The translations under genes were made by a program, and so were the position numbers. From Tubiluchus corallicola (lineage: Eukaryota > Animalia > Priapulida), in NCBI GenBank assembly GCA_030141605.1, contig JAQGDQ010000030.1, positions 417,171-481,170 on the forward strand: 64,000 bases of DNA, in the 5' to 3' direction. Each line of letters starts with the position of its first letter. Within the stretch, counting starts at the first letter, position 1. A model generated the notes under the pieces. It was not told the DNA's origin and did not search any database. It saw only the letters and a program-made list of their open reading frames with translations. This document shows positions 35,926 through 49,140 of the stretch, one piece after another.

Positions 35926-38900
35926 ATGGAAGAATACGCACGTGAACCATGGTATGCTGAAATAATTTGATTTTTTACTAAATCGCTTTCCTTTTTTACA
36001 TTTTCAAAACCAGGTGAAGAATGCAGAGGCAGGATGAAGTTAGGCGTAGTCGTTTCAGTAACAGCATCTAATCTTCACTCTATCTCCCATTTTAATTGAA
36101 TCATTTTTAAATATCCTTGTGTAATTTTACATTTTTTAGTTACACTGTTGGGAGCGGAGTAGGACAATTGGCATACATGGGCTAGCCCAAGTAGGACACT
36201 AGAGACAGGTTACGAATTGAGTCGTTAACCGTACTGGCAGCGTCCGTTGTCCTTGTTTATTTAATGATAATTGAAAACGTCATTACGCGTTTATAACTTA
36301 TTTATACATCTGATAAAATAAAAAAAGCTTGTTCTGAGCTAGTAGTAGAAAGGCCAATATTAAATTTGGCTCCGATATTGAACTGCAGGCGGTACCTCGC
36401 CGACAAGGGCTAAAACTACCCAGGTTGGTTCGGTACCAGCAGATGCGGAGGTCAAGTAGTCTATAACTCTTCTGACATCCATCCACGAAACAACAGAATG
36501 ATGTGTAAGAAAAACGATACCTTTATTGGCAAATTACATGAAGTAGTCGTAGATTACATTAAATGATGAAATAGTCATAGATTGAACCACGATTTAATAA
36601 TAGACCATAAAAGAATTACACATGTAAAAGAACTGAAATTTCTGGGATTAATACTGAATGAGCATCTAGACTGGCGACCACATATATTCATGATCAGATT
36701 AAAAATATCAAAAAATATAGGTATCATCTCATATATTAAAAACTTTCTGAACACCGAACATCTTCTAACATTATACAACAGTTTAATATTATCATATTTA
36801 AATTACTGCACAACATTATGGGGCTTTACTTATACTACAAATTTAGAATGCTTAAGAGTTTTACAACGAAAATTTTTACGTGTCATCTTCAAACTAGACA
36901 AAAGGAGCACAATTACTACTACACATTTTAAGCAATGTCAAATATTACTTCTGGATGATGTTATTAATTTTAATGGATGTATATACATGTATAGAACCAA
37001 CAACAACTTATTTCCAACTTTTTTTGAAAATCCAGTCAAGATAAATGTAAAAAAATACAATACCAGACATAATGAATATATACCAAGACGTTGTAGAACA
37101 AATATGGCGAAACACTTCATCAGCTATATGGGGCCAGTCCTATGGAACAGACTAAGCCGCAATTCGAAATGTAGTCACTCCCTTTTAACTTTTAAAAAAA
37201 CCGTCAGAAAAGAAATATTTCAAAAGTATTGAAGAGTAACACAATTTGATAATGGTAATAACCTGCATTTTTTGCTACAGTAATCTTAATATAACGTGAC
37301 TATGTTTAACAGGATACTGAACACTTTGTAACCATGATCACAGTTTTTCTTAGTTTCTCGCTCCATTTCATCTTTCATTCACTACTCCCCCCCCATTTTT
37401 TTTTAAGATTTCCACATACAGTTTGGCCTGTCAAGCTATGCTTTTAGGCTCAAACTGTATGCATCAAAAAATTATTCTGTAATGAAATTTGCACATGTAT
37501 ATCCCGCATTATGAAATTTCTTAATAATATTGCATTTATTCATATTTATATTTATATTTACTCAAATGGAAAATTATCTGTATTTTAATGCTAATTGTAA
37601 TGATGCAATGTGGAAAATGAATAAAACTCTTGAAACTCTTGAAACTGGACCAGTAAAAGAGCAGAGAATGCCGCTTTTATTCAGCCCAGATGCGTAACTT
37701 GGCTTCAGCAGAAACTTAAGTTAGCGTGAAGGGGTGTTCAGTACACTATCCTCCAAAAACACATTCCCACCTCGGAATGACAAGTCAGACTACAGACTGC
37801 AAGTAACAGTTTTGACAGAACTAAACAGTAAAAATGTAACAGTCAGTATATATGTTTAAAATAAGTTAATTGAAGAAAGCATGACACAGTCTAGAAGCCA
37901 GTGTCCATGACAGAATTCAGGTACCGCCAAGTAGAAGAGAGAAGCTAGACTCACTATCTAGCCATTGTAAGCCTGATCCAGTCAGCGAAATCCAAGTCAG
38001 GTCCTACAGCAAGTTAGCAACAGGTAGGCAGGTCGAGTTAACAGTAGAACATGCTTGTTCCAGCTGTGAATCCAGACTGAATTGCATCTGCAACTTTTAG
38101 ACGGTACTTGCTGCACGTTTCTCATCTTAGGTAAACAACGTACGTAAACCACACATAGGCATGTTGAATTACAAGACAGTCGGTATGTCATCTTTGGTCA
38201 CCACCTTGTTACCGTAAAACAGCATTGTTACATCATAGCTGTCCATACCTAACAAGCGTCTGATGAATAGCTGCACCACAGCTGTCCATAACTGGCTAGC
38301 ACCCGGTGGGTTCCACGATGCCTTGATCAAACAAATCATCGTGCCTACGAAATAGTAGATAAAAACATCAGAATGTGGTACCTCAGCCTACCACTGGCAA
38401 AAAGCACAGGCAAAAACGAATACAAGCTTACCTTTACCTGTAAAGAAGTGCAGCAGACTCAATCTGAATATTGTCCATTAACAGTCAATGTCAGGGTTCA
38501 TTGCACCATCCCACCTCTGACACCAATGAATTGCAGGCATGGTTTGGTACCAGCAGATGCAGAGGCCAAGCAGTCTGTAACTCTTCTGACATCTATCCAC
38601 TAAACAACAGAATGATGCGTGAGAAAAACGATACCTTTATTGGCAAATTACATGAAGTAGATTTAGAAAAATGATGAAATGGAGTTTACACTGTCGTAGA
38701 TTAAACTAACTGCACCAGTAAAAGAGCAGGGAAGACCACTTTTATACAGGCTAGTTATATAACTTGGTTTCAACAGAAACTTACATTTAGTGTGAAAGGG
38801 GTGTTCAATACAATATTAATCTCTTTGAAGTGAAATAAGCCCGCTTTTTAGGCAATTCTAACATTTGCTTAAGGTATATGATTTTTAATTTTGTCTCTCT

Positions 38901-41900
38901 TCATAGACAGGTGATCCGTTTCACTACCTCCTGGACTAATAATTTTCTACTAAATAAACGGGCTAGTCAGCTGTGCCCTACATAGTTTCTTTTTTTGAAC
39001 CATTAGATACTTAGTTTAATGTTATAATGATATTAATGGAGTTAATAGTAATGACGATATTATTATAAAAAAGTACATTTGTAAATTGTAAATTATTATA
39101 AAGTTGTTTTTTTTCTAAAACAAATTTAGTTTTATGTTTTATTGTGCCATAATTCTCGATTCTCGACAGAAATCGCCAGTGCTTTACTTAGGCTAGCCAC
39201 TGCTTTTCCGCAAATTTAGCACATGCGCTTTAGCGGAAGTGTCCTACTTCAGCTAGTGGCGTACTCTGCGCCATACAACATTATTTTTAACTTTACCGAA
39301 TGAGATGGGAACTTTACCTAGAATTATACAGAAGTCATAATGAGCGCAATGTCTGTTCATATATAATTTAATTACAATATTGAATAAAATTGAAGAAAAT
39401 TGTGACAAAAAAATCAAACATATTAAAATAACAAGGTTTTAACATAACGTGTCAGGAGGCAAATTGCCTGAAAAGTAAACACAAAGCAATGCAAAATACT
39501 TTTATCAATGTGCACAAATAGTTTCAACAGTTCATATTCAGATATGACTTTCTGAATTCACCCAATTTACAATCTGTTGTACTTTTAATTCCTGCCTCTT
39601 GGGATATTAATCTGTATAAGACATTGTTGTCGTTGAATTTTGACTAACCCGATTTTTAGTTTATGTGTAACAATATCGCTGCTACAATTATTTTAAAAAG
39701 AGGCACTTCAAAAGTGTACTTGGCCTCCCCAGTTCATTCTTCTTGCTATCATTCTTTGTAAAAGGTCAAGGTGAAAAAATACTGGTTCCACATCTACTTT
39801 AGCCATGACTTTTTTATCATTAACAAGTTTGCTGTCATCTTTAAGAGGACTGACATTTTCAATAACATTATTTAAATTCTTAAACATTGAATATCCTATT
39901 AACAGTAATGTCTGCATTTTCATTGTTGAAACCGGGTAGATTTATCAGGTTCGAGTAATTACTCGGCTACCCGGGTACCCGATGGAAACCCTACTATGTA
40001 CAAGTTTTACAGGTATTCAAATTCTATATATGACTTTACTTAATGATCTGAGCATGCTCAGTAGTGCTGAACTACTGTAGTTCTATACTGTAATTTCTTT
40101 CTGTTCTTACTTGCTATTTCCTGATTATTGCTGTTACTGTGTCTTGGACTGAATAAGTATTGTCATTCGTGATGAACACTAACGTGTGTTCTATAGTTGT
40201 TGTATTTCACATTAAAGTTGATTTTCCTCTATTTAAAAAAAACAAACTGTGAATATTTATTAGAATCAATATTTCATTGCTGCTATTAAGTCTGTTTTTT
40301 TTAATTTTTATAAAAATATCTATTGAAACGTAGGTAGCAACAAATTTCAGTCACCACCCATTAGTGAACATGTGGGAGTTTCTTGCTGTACATAACATGA
40401 ATCCAAACAAACAGCACAGATGGAGACTTACAGCTGCAGTGTTGAAGGCTGTTTGGAGACATGTTACAGACACTCACATGAATTGTATTTATCACCGATT
40501 ACCCATACTCCCAAACTTCTAATTGAAATCAAGATTTACTATTCAACTTATGTTTTGTCAGTTTGGAATTTATGCTATTTATTTTTTTAAATATTTGCAC
40601 CCCAGACTAAGGTCTACCGTATATACTCGCATATAAGCCTACATCTCATATAAGCCGACCCCCTAAAACTGCTTTAAAATGGCCAGTTTTTGCAAAAACC
40701 TGTATATAAGCCGACCATCAACTTGTCTAATTTTACTCCATACCCAATCAACAAAATTGATCCCTTTTTGTCACATTTTGTTAATTGGGTATTTTTGGTT
40801 CATAGAAATTTTTTACTATAAAGATGTAAAATGCTTACTTTTATGTTACTTACTAGAAGAAATAGAAGAAATTATACATTTTGATATGAATAAAGAAGAA
40901 AATATTTTGTTTTCTATTTATTCACAAAAAATTATAACATTTCTGTTTATAATTTAACGTAGTGTTCTTAAAAATAATTAGAAACCTTCAAAATCATTGT
41001 CACTACCACCCTCATCATCTGACTCACCAAACAGCTTTCTCCATTCCTCTTTTGTGTACTGAACATTGTCATCATCCCACAGTACCTCATCTGCATCATC
41101 TTCGCTGTCTGAGGCTGTTTCCTGAGTCTCCTGCCACAGGTAGTCGTCTTCAGTGCCATCTAATTTGTTGCTGATACTACATTTCAGAAATGACTTTTGT
41201 ACCATTTCTGCAGGAATCTCATCCCATGCCATCTTCACCCACGACACAACTGTAGGTAAGGAAGGTCGCTTGAAATTGCCTTTAGCAGTCAACTCAGCTT
41301 TGCCTTCCGCCATCCATAGTGTCCACAGGTTTCTCATCTTTGTCTTGAATGGCTTGTTTAGGCTCACATCCAGAGGTTGCAGCATGCCAGTCAAGCCTCC
41401 GGGTATGACCGCTTGAGTTGTCTTTTCCTCCTTGAGCTTCCTCTTTACCTTCTCTGTTAGATGGGCCTTGAATTGGTCCCAGACTAGCAGAGAAGGTTTC
41501 TTCAACGGGCCTCCGTTTCTCCTCACCCACACTTTATCGAGCCATTTCTTCACTCCTTCTTCATCCATCCATCCTTTGGGTGTTGATGGATGATCACACC
41601 ACTGAGGAATTTATCCTTTGGGGGAGTCTTTCTCTTGAATATTACCATTGAAGGTAATTTCCCTCCATCTGCAGTACAGGCCAATACCACGGTGAAATGA
41701 GTCTTCTCATGCCCAGTCGTCTTGATATAGCAGCATAGGACATACGTTTTCTTTTTTCTCCAGGCATGGTGTATTGCACAAATAATTTTACAACTAAAAT
41801 TATCAAAATTCAGCACACTTTTAAATTCTGTGGCTGCGTGCTCACGTTTGCCTCAGTTTGCCTCATTGGTTTGCTGTTCCTCTATAAGCCACGTGACCCT

Positions 41901-44900
41901 CGTCTCCCCACGCGCTGCCTACCAATTGGCTGATGACGTCGGCTTGGTTACGGCTCGCAACTGGTGACACACAGTGGTGTATTGCTAAATAAAAAGTAGG
42001 TGGACGGCTAGTCTCAAGACTTACCATTTTACATTCACAAATTTGAAAGAAATTGACATTATTTAAAACCGTTTTTTGAAAAAATGAAAACAAGTAGATT
42101 TAATATTAAACCCGTATACATTTTTAATATTTTTTATCTAATGAATACAAAAAGCAGACATTTATTGAAATGTGAATTTTTTCTAAAAAAAAAGTGGGTG
42201 GACGGCGATCCCCCACGATCCCCCTCCAATACACCACTGGTGACACACAACCAAATAAAGAGTCAGATAGCGATGAAAATGTGTGGCTGGAAAATTGGCA
42301 TTAGTGTCTGCCCTTGTGTTCATTTTGTTTCATGCGCATATAAGTCGACCCCCTGATTTCAGTATTGTATTTTATAGTTCTAAATTCGGCTTATATGCGA
42401 GCATATACGGTAGTACTTGCTAGAGCACTAGTATTTGTGAATGTAGTAATATTAATGTATTCTCATTTCACTAATTTCAGCCCCTGGAGAATTGTGGACG
42501 ACTGTGGTGGTGCTTTCACCATGGGCTCCATTGGTGGAGCTGTATTTCAAAGCATAAAAGGTTTTAGAAATGCACCTTCGGTAAGCAATTGATATTTATT
42601 TTTCAAGTCATTGTGTCAGTCAATAATTCTTTCTGGTCATATTGGATTTGCATTCTATGTAGCTTGATCATAACGATCATGCTAGGGGCTTGAAACCATG
42701 TCAGTAGTTATTCACCATTTGATTGGAATTAGCAAAACTTATTTATCAGTAAATAGGGAATTAGGTAAATTACGTAACCATTTCATTAAAATGTGAAGTT
42801 CAGTGCATTGTTAATGAAAATTTCACTCTGGCTGCTTTCGCTCTCTAGTAACTGCAACTCAAGTAGTAAGGGAGAATTTAAAGATTTCGGTTTTTCACAA
42901 GTTTTAAGAGTGTTTTATCCCTACTATGTATTTGGTGAGGGTTGATATAGGTTAGCATTTGGTTAGTCAAATTACAGTGCTGTTTACCAGGTATGTAATC
43001 TGACATCAACTGTTTTCTATCTAATGTACTGGATACTTTTAAAGCTTATAAAGCGGTAACTGTACAATACTCCTAGCAGTTTAATAGCATGACAACTATT
43101 TAATTTTTTTACTCATTAGCTTTAGCTATTTTTTACTGCATTTCTATACATGAGCAAAATGCTGTATGCATACATTAATTATATTGTTCTTCATACTGTT
43201 GTATATTAATACTTAGGTTTGACTTAAATTAGAATATTGGTTCATTTCGTATGCTGTACGTTCTTTCTGTTTCTGTTCTTGAAATTTTAGTCCGATTTGT
43301 TTTTAATTGTTGTTGAAGCAGTTTACTTTATATTAATTTTTTAAATTAAAAATACATAAATTGTTTATTGTTTTGTGAGTTGAACTGATGATAAGCTTAC
43401 GTAACATAATGTTGGTCTACTTACTAAAGTTTGTTCTTTATTTGAAGCTATCTAGCACTGACTGAAAATTACTAGTGCTTATACATTTGGTATATTCTTG
43501 TCTATAACTATGTAATATACTCTGTTCCTATTATGGTTTTTATCGGCCCTTTGTCTTGAGTGGACATTCTTGAGCAAATTTTCAGAAAACAAAAATATTT
43601 AAACTGAAAGAGGGCTTTTGTGCTGCTTTTCTGATGCTGCCTCCCTCTTATGAAATAAATTCTTATCTGTTATTTTGTGTTTTTAGGGAATGAATCGGCG
43701 TTTATTAGGGAGTGTAGTAGCCATCAAAGAACGAGCTCCAGTTATAGGAGGTGAGCAAGCTCTAATATCTTGTTGTGCTTATGCAGCTAAGATTGTAGCG
43801 GTGGGCTTCGTAATGAATTAATCGGATACGATACAGATAATTTATATAGAATTTGTTCTTATGAGAAACCTCTGCGTCTAAGTGGCGAGCCAGAGTGCTA
43901 AGACACTGCGCAAAGTTAGCACCATATTGCTTTTTTTTGCTGCAATGACGGTTATATTAATCATGTACTTTTTGTGGATTTATAATAACATATTAATAAA
44001 GTCCAAATTGATTAAATGCGTTAAATTCGTCAATTGATTCCACCGCTATGGAATGGCTATGTTTTGTGTATGTGATGTGTTTAATGTTTAGTTTGTTTCA
44101 CTTGTGGGAAGCTGTTGAATTTTTTATACACATGTAATTCCAGAATTTTGTTATGTAGCGAACGCACATCATCGTGATACTAATTAAGATTTTTTACGCT
44201 TTTTTCAGGAAACTTTGCTGTATGGGGTGGTATGTTTTCTACAATTGACTGTGCTCTTGTCCATGTGAGAAAGAAGGAAGATCCTTGGAACTCAATAGCA
44301 AGTGGTGCGCTAACAGGTGGAATTCTCGCTGTACGAAGTGAGTCGTTCTTTGTCCGTACATTAGTATTGACCTTACCACATGCCTTTTTGTGAGGTTTTG
44401 TTTCAACACCAATGAAATTTTGCCACCTATTTCTCATTATATATTTATATTTCTATATTACACTAAAGTGTCACAGCTCTAATGCAGGGTATATTTTTCG
44501 TCAAAAGATTTACATAGCAGTAGTTGCTACACAATTGTAAAATTGTATAGCAATTTGTGAAATATGTACAGCTATAACGTATTGACAATTTCTCTCTATG
44601 TTTGGCAAACTCAATATTAAGTTGGTTTCCATTCAGGGGTGATATGAGTCATATGACAAACCTTCATTTTCAGCATTAAAATTCCTGACCCACGTGACTA
44701 GGCTAGCATAGCCAGCACTTTATTAATGCATTAGAAAAACAAACTAGTTACAATTTCTTTTATAGAAAAGGAACTATTTTACATTCCCTGTTCCAAGTTT
44801 GAAGTGCTGTTGTACTAATGTTGAGACGTATAAGCAAATTAATATCTTGAAAGCAATCATTCTCCAAAGCAAACACCCATCAAAATACTTCGTATGGCTA

Positions 44901-47471
44901 TTGTTGCTTAACCTTTAAAGGCAAAATGTGTGTTTATAATTCTAATAATTAGATTTTTTTAAAATTCTAAGATACTAATATATGTACTAGTAGGCAATTT
45001 AACAGCCAAAGTGGCATTAAAGAATAGTACAGAACAGCTGTTCTATGTAATAATTGTTTTTAAGTCTAGTCTTTAGAAATTAATCGTCTCAGCAAGATAA
45101 TTTGGTAAATCACACATTTTGATGCACTTTTGGAGATCGTGGTTAGTTATGTTCAGCAGCAAGCTTGGCAGACTAAAACGAATAAAATCTTATTTGCTTG
45201 CAAACAGGTAGTTTTGCTTTTGCAAGGTGTTACTTTCATGTTGTATGAGTTTATTACTCCTAATATTTCGATCGGCAAAATACCCTTGTTGCAGTATGAA
45301 AAAACTGGTATATCTGATATAGCAGTATATCGCCCAAACCTATTTCATCTAACTTTTAGTGAAATTGGTTTTCCAATTCATACTACATTCTAAATTGGCC
45401 ATTAGTTTTTTTTACATGTAATAAGTATATCGCATAAGCAGAAATGTGGCGAAAAAACTGCTTCGCAAATGGATTTAAAATGTATCTCGTCTTGTGATAT
45501 GATACCGAGTAAAATAACCCCTACTAAACGTGATTGTTTGCTGTCTTGCTATTGTCATGATACAGGTATTGTTTTTTTAAAGTTACCACCACTAAAGTAA
45601 ATTTCCACCAAAAAAAAATTGTTTGTGTAGTTATATTCACTTGCTATCAGGGGAAGACATGTCCTTTAAAATGTTACCAAGAGTGTAGTTCACCACTCTT
45701 TAGTTAATGATACCAAAGCGCAAAGAAGAATGTGTGAATTTTGAGACATAATTGAGCATTAAATTGAATAAGGAATTTGTTGTTACTTGTGGTTAGTCTA
45801 TCGCATAAAGTCAACGTTAAATAAAAATTATTGTTGCTACCCAGCAAAGTAAAAAAAGGTGTATTTGCCTTGCCTATCAGTTTTCCTGCTTGATGCTGTA
45901 TAGGCCTTAGCCTACAAGTATTTTGTGCCCATTCTGAACTCTAGTTTCCTTAATGTAAACAGAAATAATGTGTGTTTCTTTTTTATTTTAGATGGGGCGG
46001 GAGCCATGGTCGGATCAGCGATTATTGGTGGTGTGCTGCTGGCTTTGATAGAAGGCGTTGGAATTATGTTCACACGATTCTCTGCGGAGCAATATAGACC
46101 AGGTATTTATCAACAAATCTTATGATTTAGGACTGTGGTTTTTGTAACAGTCATAGGTGCCAGTCTGTTTGGATTAATTCTAATGGGACTGTTTAATTAC
46201 ATTTTAGTATGTTGTGGGTAGAACTATGTCAAAATCAAATTTTTCTGGGCCAGTTTTGCCATTCAGCAGGTTCTCCCGGTTTATTAGATTTTTTTGCCTA
46301 TGATACTATAATCTTCACCCAGAGTTTACGAGCTAATCCAGGTAATGTTATCTGGTGAATAAGTTTTTCACTGTTGCTTTCATGCCAATAAGAGCAGAAT
46401 TACTTTTTAAAGCTGAAGAACCACTATGTGTATACCACATGAATTTGTAATGCTCTTAAGTATTTGTATCAGACTGATAGAATTTTTTTGTTGCTTGGAA
46501 TTAATATTAAAAAAACTTTCTACAAAAATAATAATCGTACTTTCATCCCATGATTCACTCCATTAATTTTTTAATTGAAATTGGTTCGACTAACTTGCTT
46601 TTCAAAATACATTAAACACATTATTACCTGTTGGTGTCATGTGTGGGATGAACTACAACAACAAAGGTGCATATATAAACAGGTGCTAATTACCTGTAGT
46701 AATGCAGAAGCCTGCTAATGAGTGGAACACATTGATAACAACAGAGGTTGGGCAGTGCTGGAATTGTGATAAAAGTATGGAGCTGCCTTGGGTGTTAAGA
46801 ATTAGGTTTGTTGAGCATAATACTAAGTACGAATACATAATACATCAGAAAGCGATTTCGAATCGAATTAAACTTTTGGTTTTTGAAATCGAATCAAACC
46901 GAATTTCAAGACTTCGAATCCGACTTGAATTCGTTTTCAGTTTTAAAGATTTTCAAATAAATTTTCGAATCATTAATAAAAAGCAGCCTTGCAGAGCTGT
47001 TACATATTACTTGATTTTGTTCTACAGTAAAAACACTAATAATTTGTTTAAAGATTGTGCACAGAAATTGCAGCTAAAACTTGTTGTATAAAACATTGAA
47101 AGCAAATTAGAATGTTTGAATTCCAATCGAAAGTTTGATGCTCACCCCTAACAGAAAGGCTTTCTTATAAGTATTGAACCTTTCAAAAAGTAGTGTATTT
47201 ATTGTATTTTAAATAAATTCATGTACTGTCTGATTTTAATGTTCGTGTTAAGCAAATTTTTTTAACAAACATGCAGTCCTACAGTTGTTTGTTTTAATCA
47301 TTAACTCTCGCTTTTTTGGAATGGATAAGTGGAAAATATTTTTATACTTTTTTAGTAAATCCGATGGATCAACCTCCACTGGAACCATCACCATTACAGA
47401 GAGAAACTGCACAAGGCAGTAGCGGTGGTAATTTACCTTTTTGGCAACAAAGTCAAGAGAGTCCCAGCTAG
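35926..47471 (+). CDS. TIMM17: Mitochondrial import inner membrane translocase subunit Tim17, 181 aa; exons 35926-35951, 42481-42580, 43687-43750, 44209-44337, 45992-46102, 47356-47471
   Basis: [28 protein letters not shown]...KGFRNAPSG...[21 protein letters not shown]...[25 protein letters not shown]...[22 protein letters not shown] introns with consistent phases (546 nt); AATAAA at ~47601. Confidence 0.97.
36379..38812 (-). mobile_element. Non-autonomous Gypsy-type LTR retroelement: 5' LTR 38812-38527, 3' LTR 37745-36379 (interrupted by a LINE)
   Basis: Two diverged direct repeats with TG...CA ends; PBS TGGTGTCAGAGGTGGGAT (38525-38508, complementary to the tRNA-Leu 3' end); purine tract ggaggatag before the 3' LTR; 4-bp TSD ATAT at 36375-36378 and 38813-38816; TATAAAA and AATAAA in the 5' LTR; ~780-bp internal region with no gag/pol ORF. 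Confidence 0.88.
36587..37642 (+). mobile_element. 5'-truncated L2/Crack-like (CR1 group) LINE; RT C-terminal ORF 36582-37232 plus 3' UTR
   Basis: [43 protein letters not shown]...[19 protein letters not shown]; 3'UTR stem-loop catacagtttg/caaactgtatg (37415-37461); AATAAA followed by an (actcttgaa)2 tail. Confidence 0.88.
40617..42410 (-). mobile_element. pogo-superfamily DD35D (Passer-type) DNA transposon, internally deleted; DDE transposase remnant ~41735-40978
   Basis: TIRs CCGTATATACTCGCATATAAGCC / GGCTTATATGCGAGCATATACGG with TA TSDs at 40615-16 and 42411-12; motifs [35 protein letters not shown]-(35 aa)[13 protein letters not shown]; frameshift near 41570 (atcc duplication); N-terminal HTH and first Asp missing. 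Confidence 0.92.
46803..47150. mobile_element. Degenerate hAT-like MITE in TIM17 last intron
   Basis: tagg...tgagcat / atgctcacccta termini and clustered ttcgaatcga subterminal motifs; TSD unclear. Similar remnants at ~25700-26297 and ~39930-39993. Confidence 0.4.
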
Positions 47472-48169
47472 TAACTTTTACTTGTTTAGTCAATGTTTTG
47501 TGTGTGATATTTTATATTGTTTTGTCTGTCTTTAATTGTGATATTAAAAAAATGCATTGTTAACATTTATAGTATTGTAGGTGTATACACTTGACCATTA
47601 AATAAAAACTTGAAATTAGTAAAAGGAAACTCCAGACGTTGAAACAACTTTAATAATAAGGCCAAGCAAAATTTTTTTTCTAATTCTGCCTCTATTATTT
47701 TTTGTGCATAAAATTTATGTGCATTTTTTAGTTCTTGGTCAGATTTAGGTAAATCGTCACAGTGACAGTGTTTTATTCCATTATATAATTACTGAACTAG
47801 TTATTAGCTTTTAGCCTGATTTTGGTCCACTGTTGGTGAACTCTGACATGTGCAGCAGTATCACACAGACAACTGAATAAGATTGCTTTTTATGTAAAAT
47901 ACTAATGTTATCCATTTTACTCTGCTTGAATATTTATAGAAGCTTAATATGTATTCTATGTTGAAAACTCCATTCATTGATTTTTTTCTGTTTAAACAAG
48001 TTATGCAAGATAAAGGCAAGTGCTCTCAGCTGAGTGTTTTATAGTAACCTAAATCAACATGGTTTAGTAACTGTTGTTTTAATTGGCTTTATACTTGCAC
48101 TCTTCTGATATAACATCAGTTTGATTGACTTTTGTCAAGTCATCATGTCTGTTGTCTGCTTGCTCTTAT

Positions 48170-48740
48170 ACACTCTTTGCAGTCTCTTTAAAAGTTTATC
48201 CATATGCCTTTTGAAACTACTGATAGAGTTGTAACTACTTCAATTAAGTGGTAGTGGCTCGTTCCACCAATTACCACTCAATGAGAAAAGAAGAATTTCC
48301 CCACATCTAATCTTGATCGTTGCTTGTAATAAGTCTTAGATGGATGCCCGTAAGTGTCTGCTTAATTCATGACAAAAATCTTCATAATTTAAATCTTTTG
48401 TGCCTTTGAAAATTTTGAAAACTTCCAACAAGTCCCCTCCAATGCATCTGATTTCCAAATTCAAAAATTTCAGTCTATGTTCATATGACACATCTTTCCG
48501 GCCATCTACTTAGAAAATCTACATTGATCAATACACCATAAACATTTACATCATCTTGAAAATATGGCCGGCCTCCTTTCTTGTGTACTCAACCGGGAGT
48601 GCACCAAAGATTTGTACGTCCGTAGCATAGCATGTACAATTTATCATGGTATTAGTCTTATCCATTTTTTTCTGAAAGAGGAGTTGTTTTTAACTGATAC
48701 TAGAAATGAGTTTTTGTTTTGCATTGCTGGTTATTTATTT
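48170..48740 (-). mobile_element. Decayed CR1 LINE remnant
   Basis: Minus strand gives YKSLVHSRLS/EY..., RCIGGDLLEVFKIFKG and VVIGGTS (degenerate VV..WN) blocks typical of the CR1 ORF2 tail; heavily mutated. Confidence 0.6.
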
Positions 48741-49140
48741 CACATTTTTAGTGCAAGTTTTTGTAAATTAGTAAAACAATTGACTATATTATGACTTCAT
48801 TTGAGATGCAGAAAAAAATAACATGCATAATAAAATATCGGGTTATTCGTATTTTTGTTTATTTAATGTTGCATGTACTGCAATTTCCAGTCTTAACTGT
48901 GCAGAAATCAAAATAAGAATAATGAGTTTTTGCTGAGCAGTAGTGATCAACACAAACAAAATAAATCTGTTGGCATATTTGTCTGTGTGTAATATAACCT
49001 ATATTATCATATTCTTGTCATATTTATTGACATCATATTGACAATAAACAAATTTAGAGTGAACGTTTCGATTTAATTTTCCTGCACGTTTTCTTTTTGG
49101 TGTGGTTATGTCTGGTGTGCGCCAGTACGAGGCTACTAAG

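Noticed and set aside
43385-43465. TGATGA...CTGA as a possible intronic C/D snoRNA in TIM17 intron 2
   Set aside because: No terminal stem and no recognisable rRNA-complementary guide; expected by chance in AT-rich DNA.
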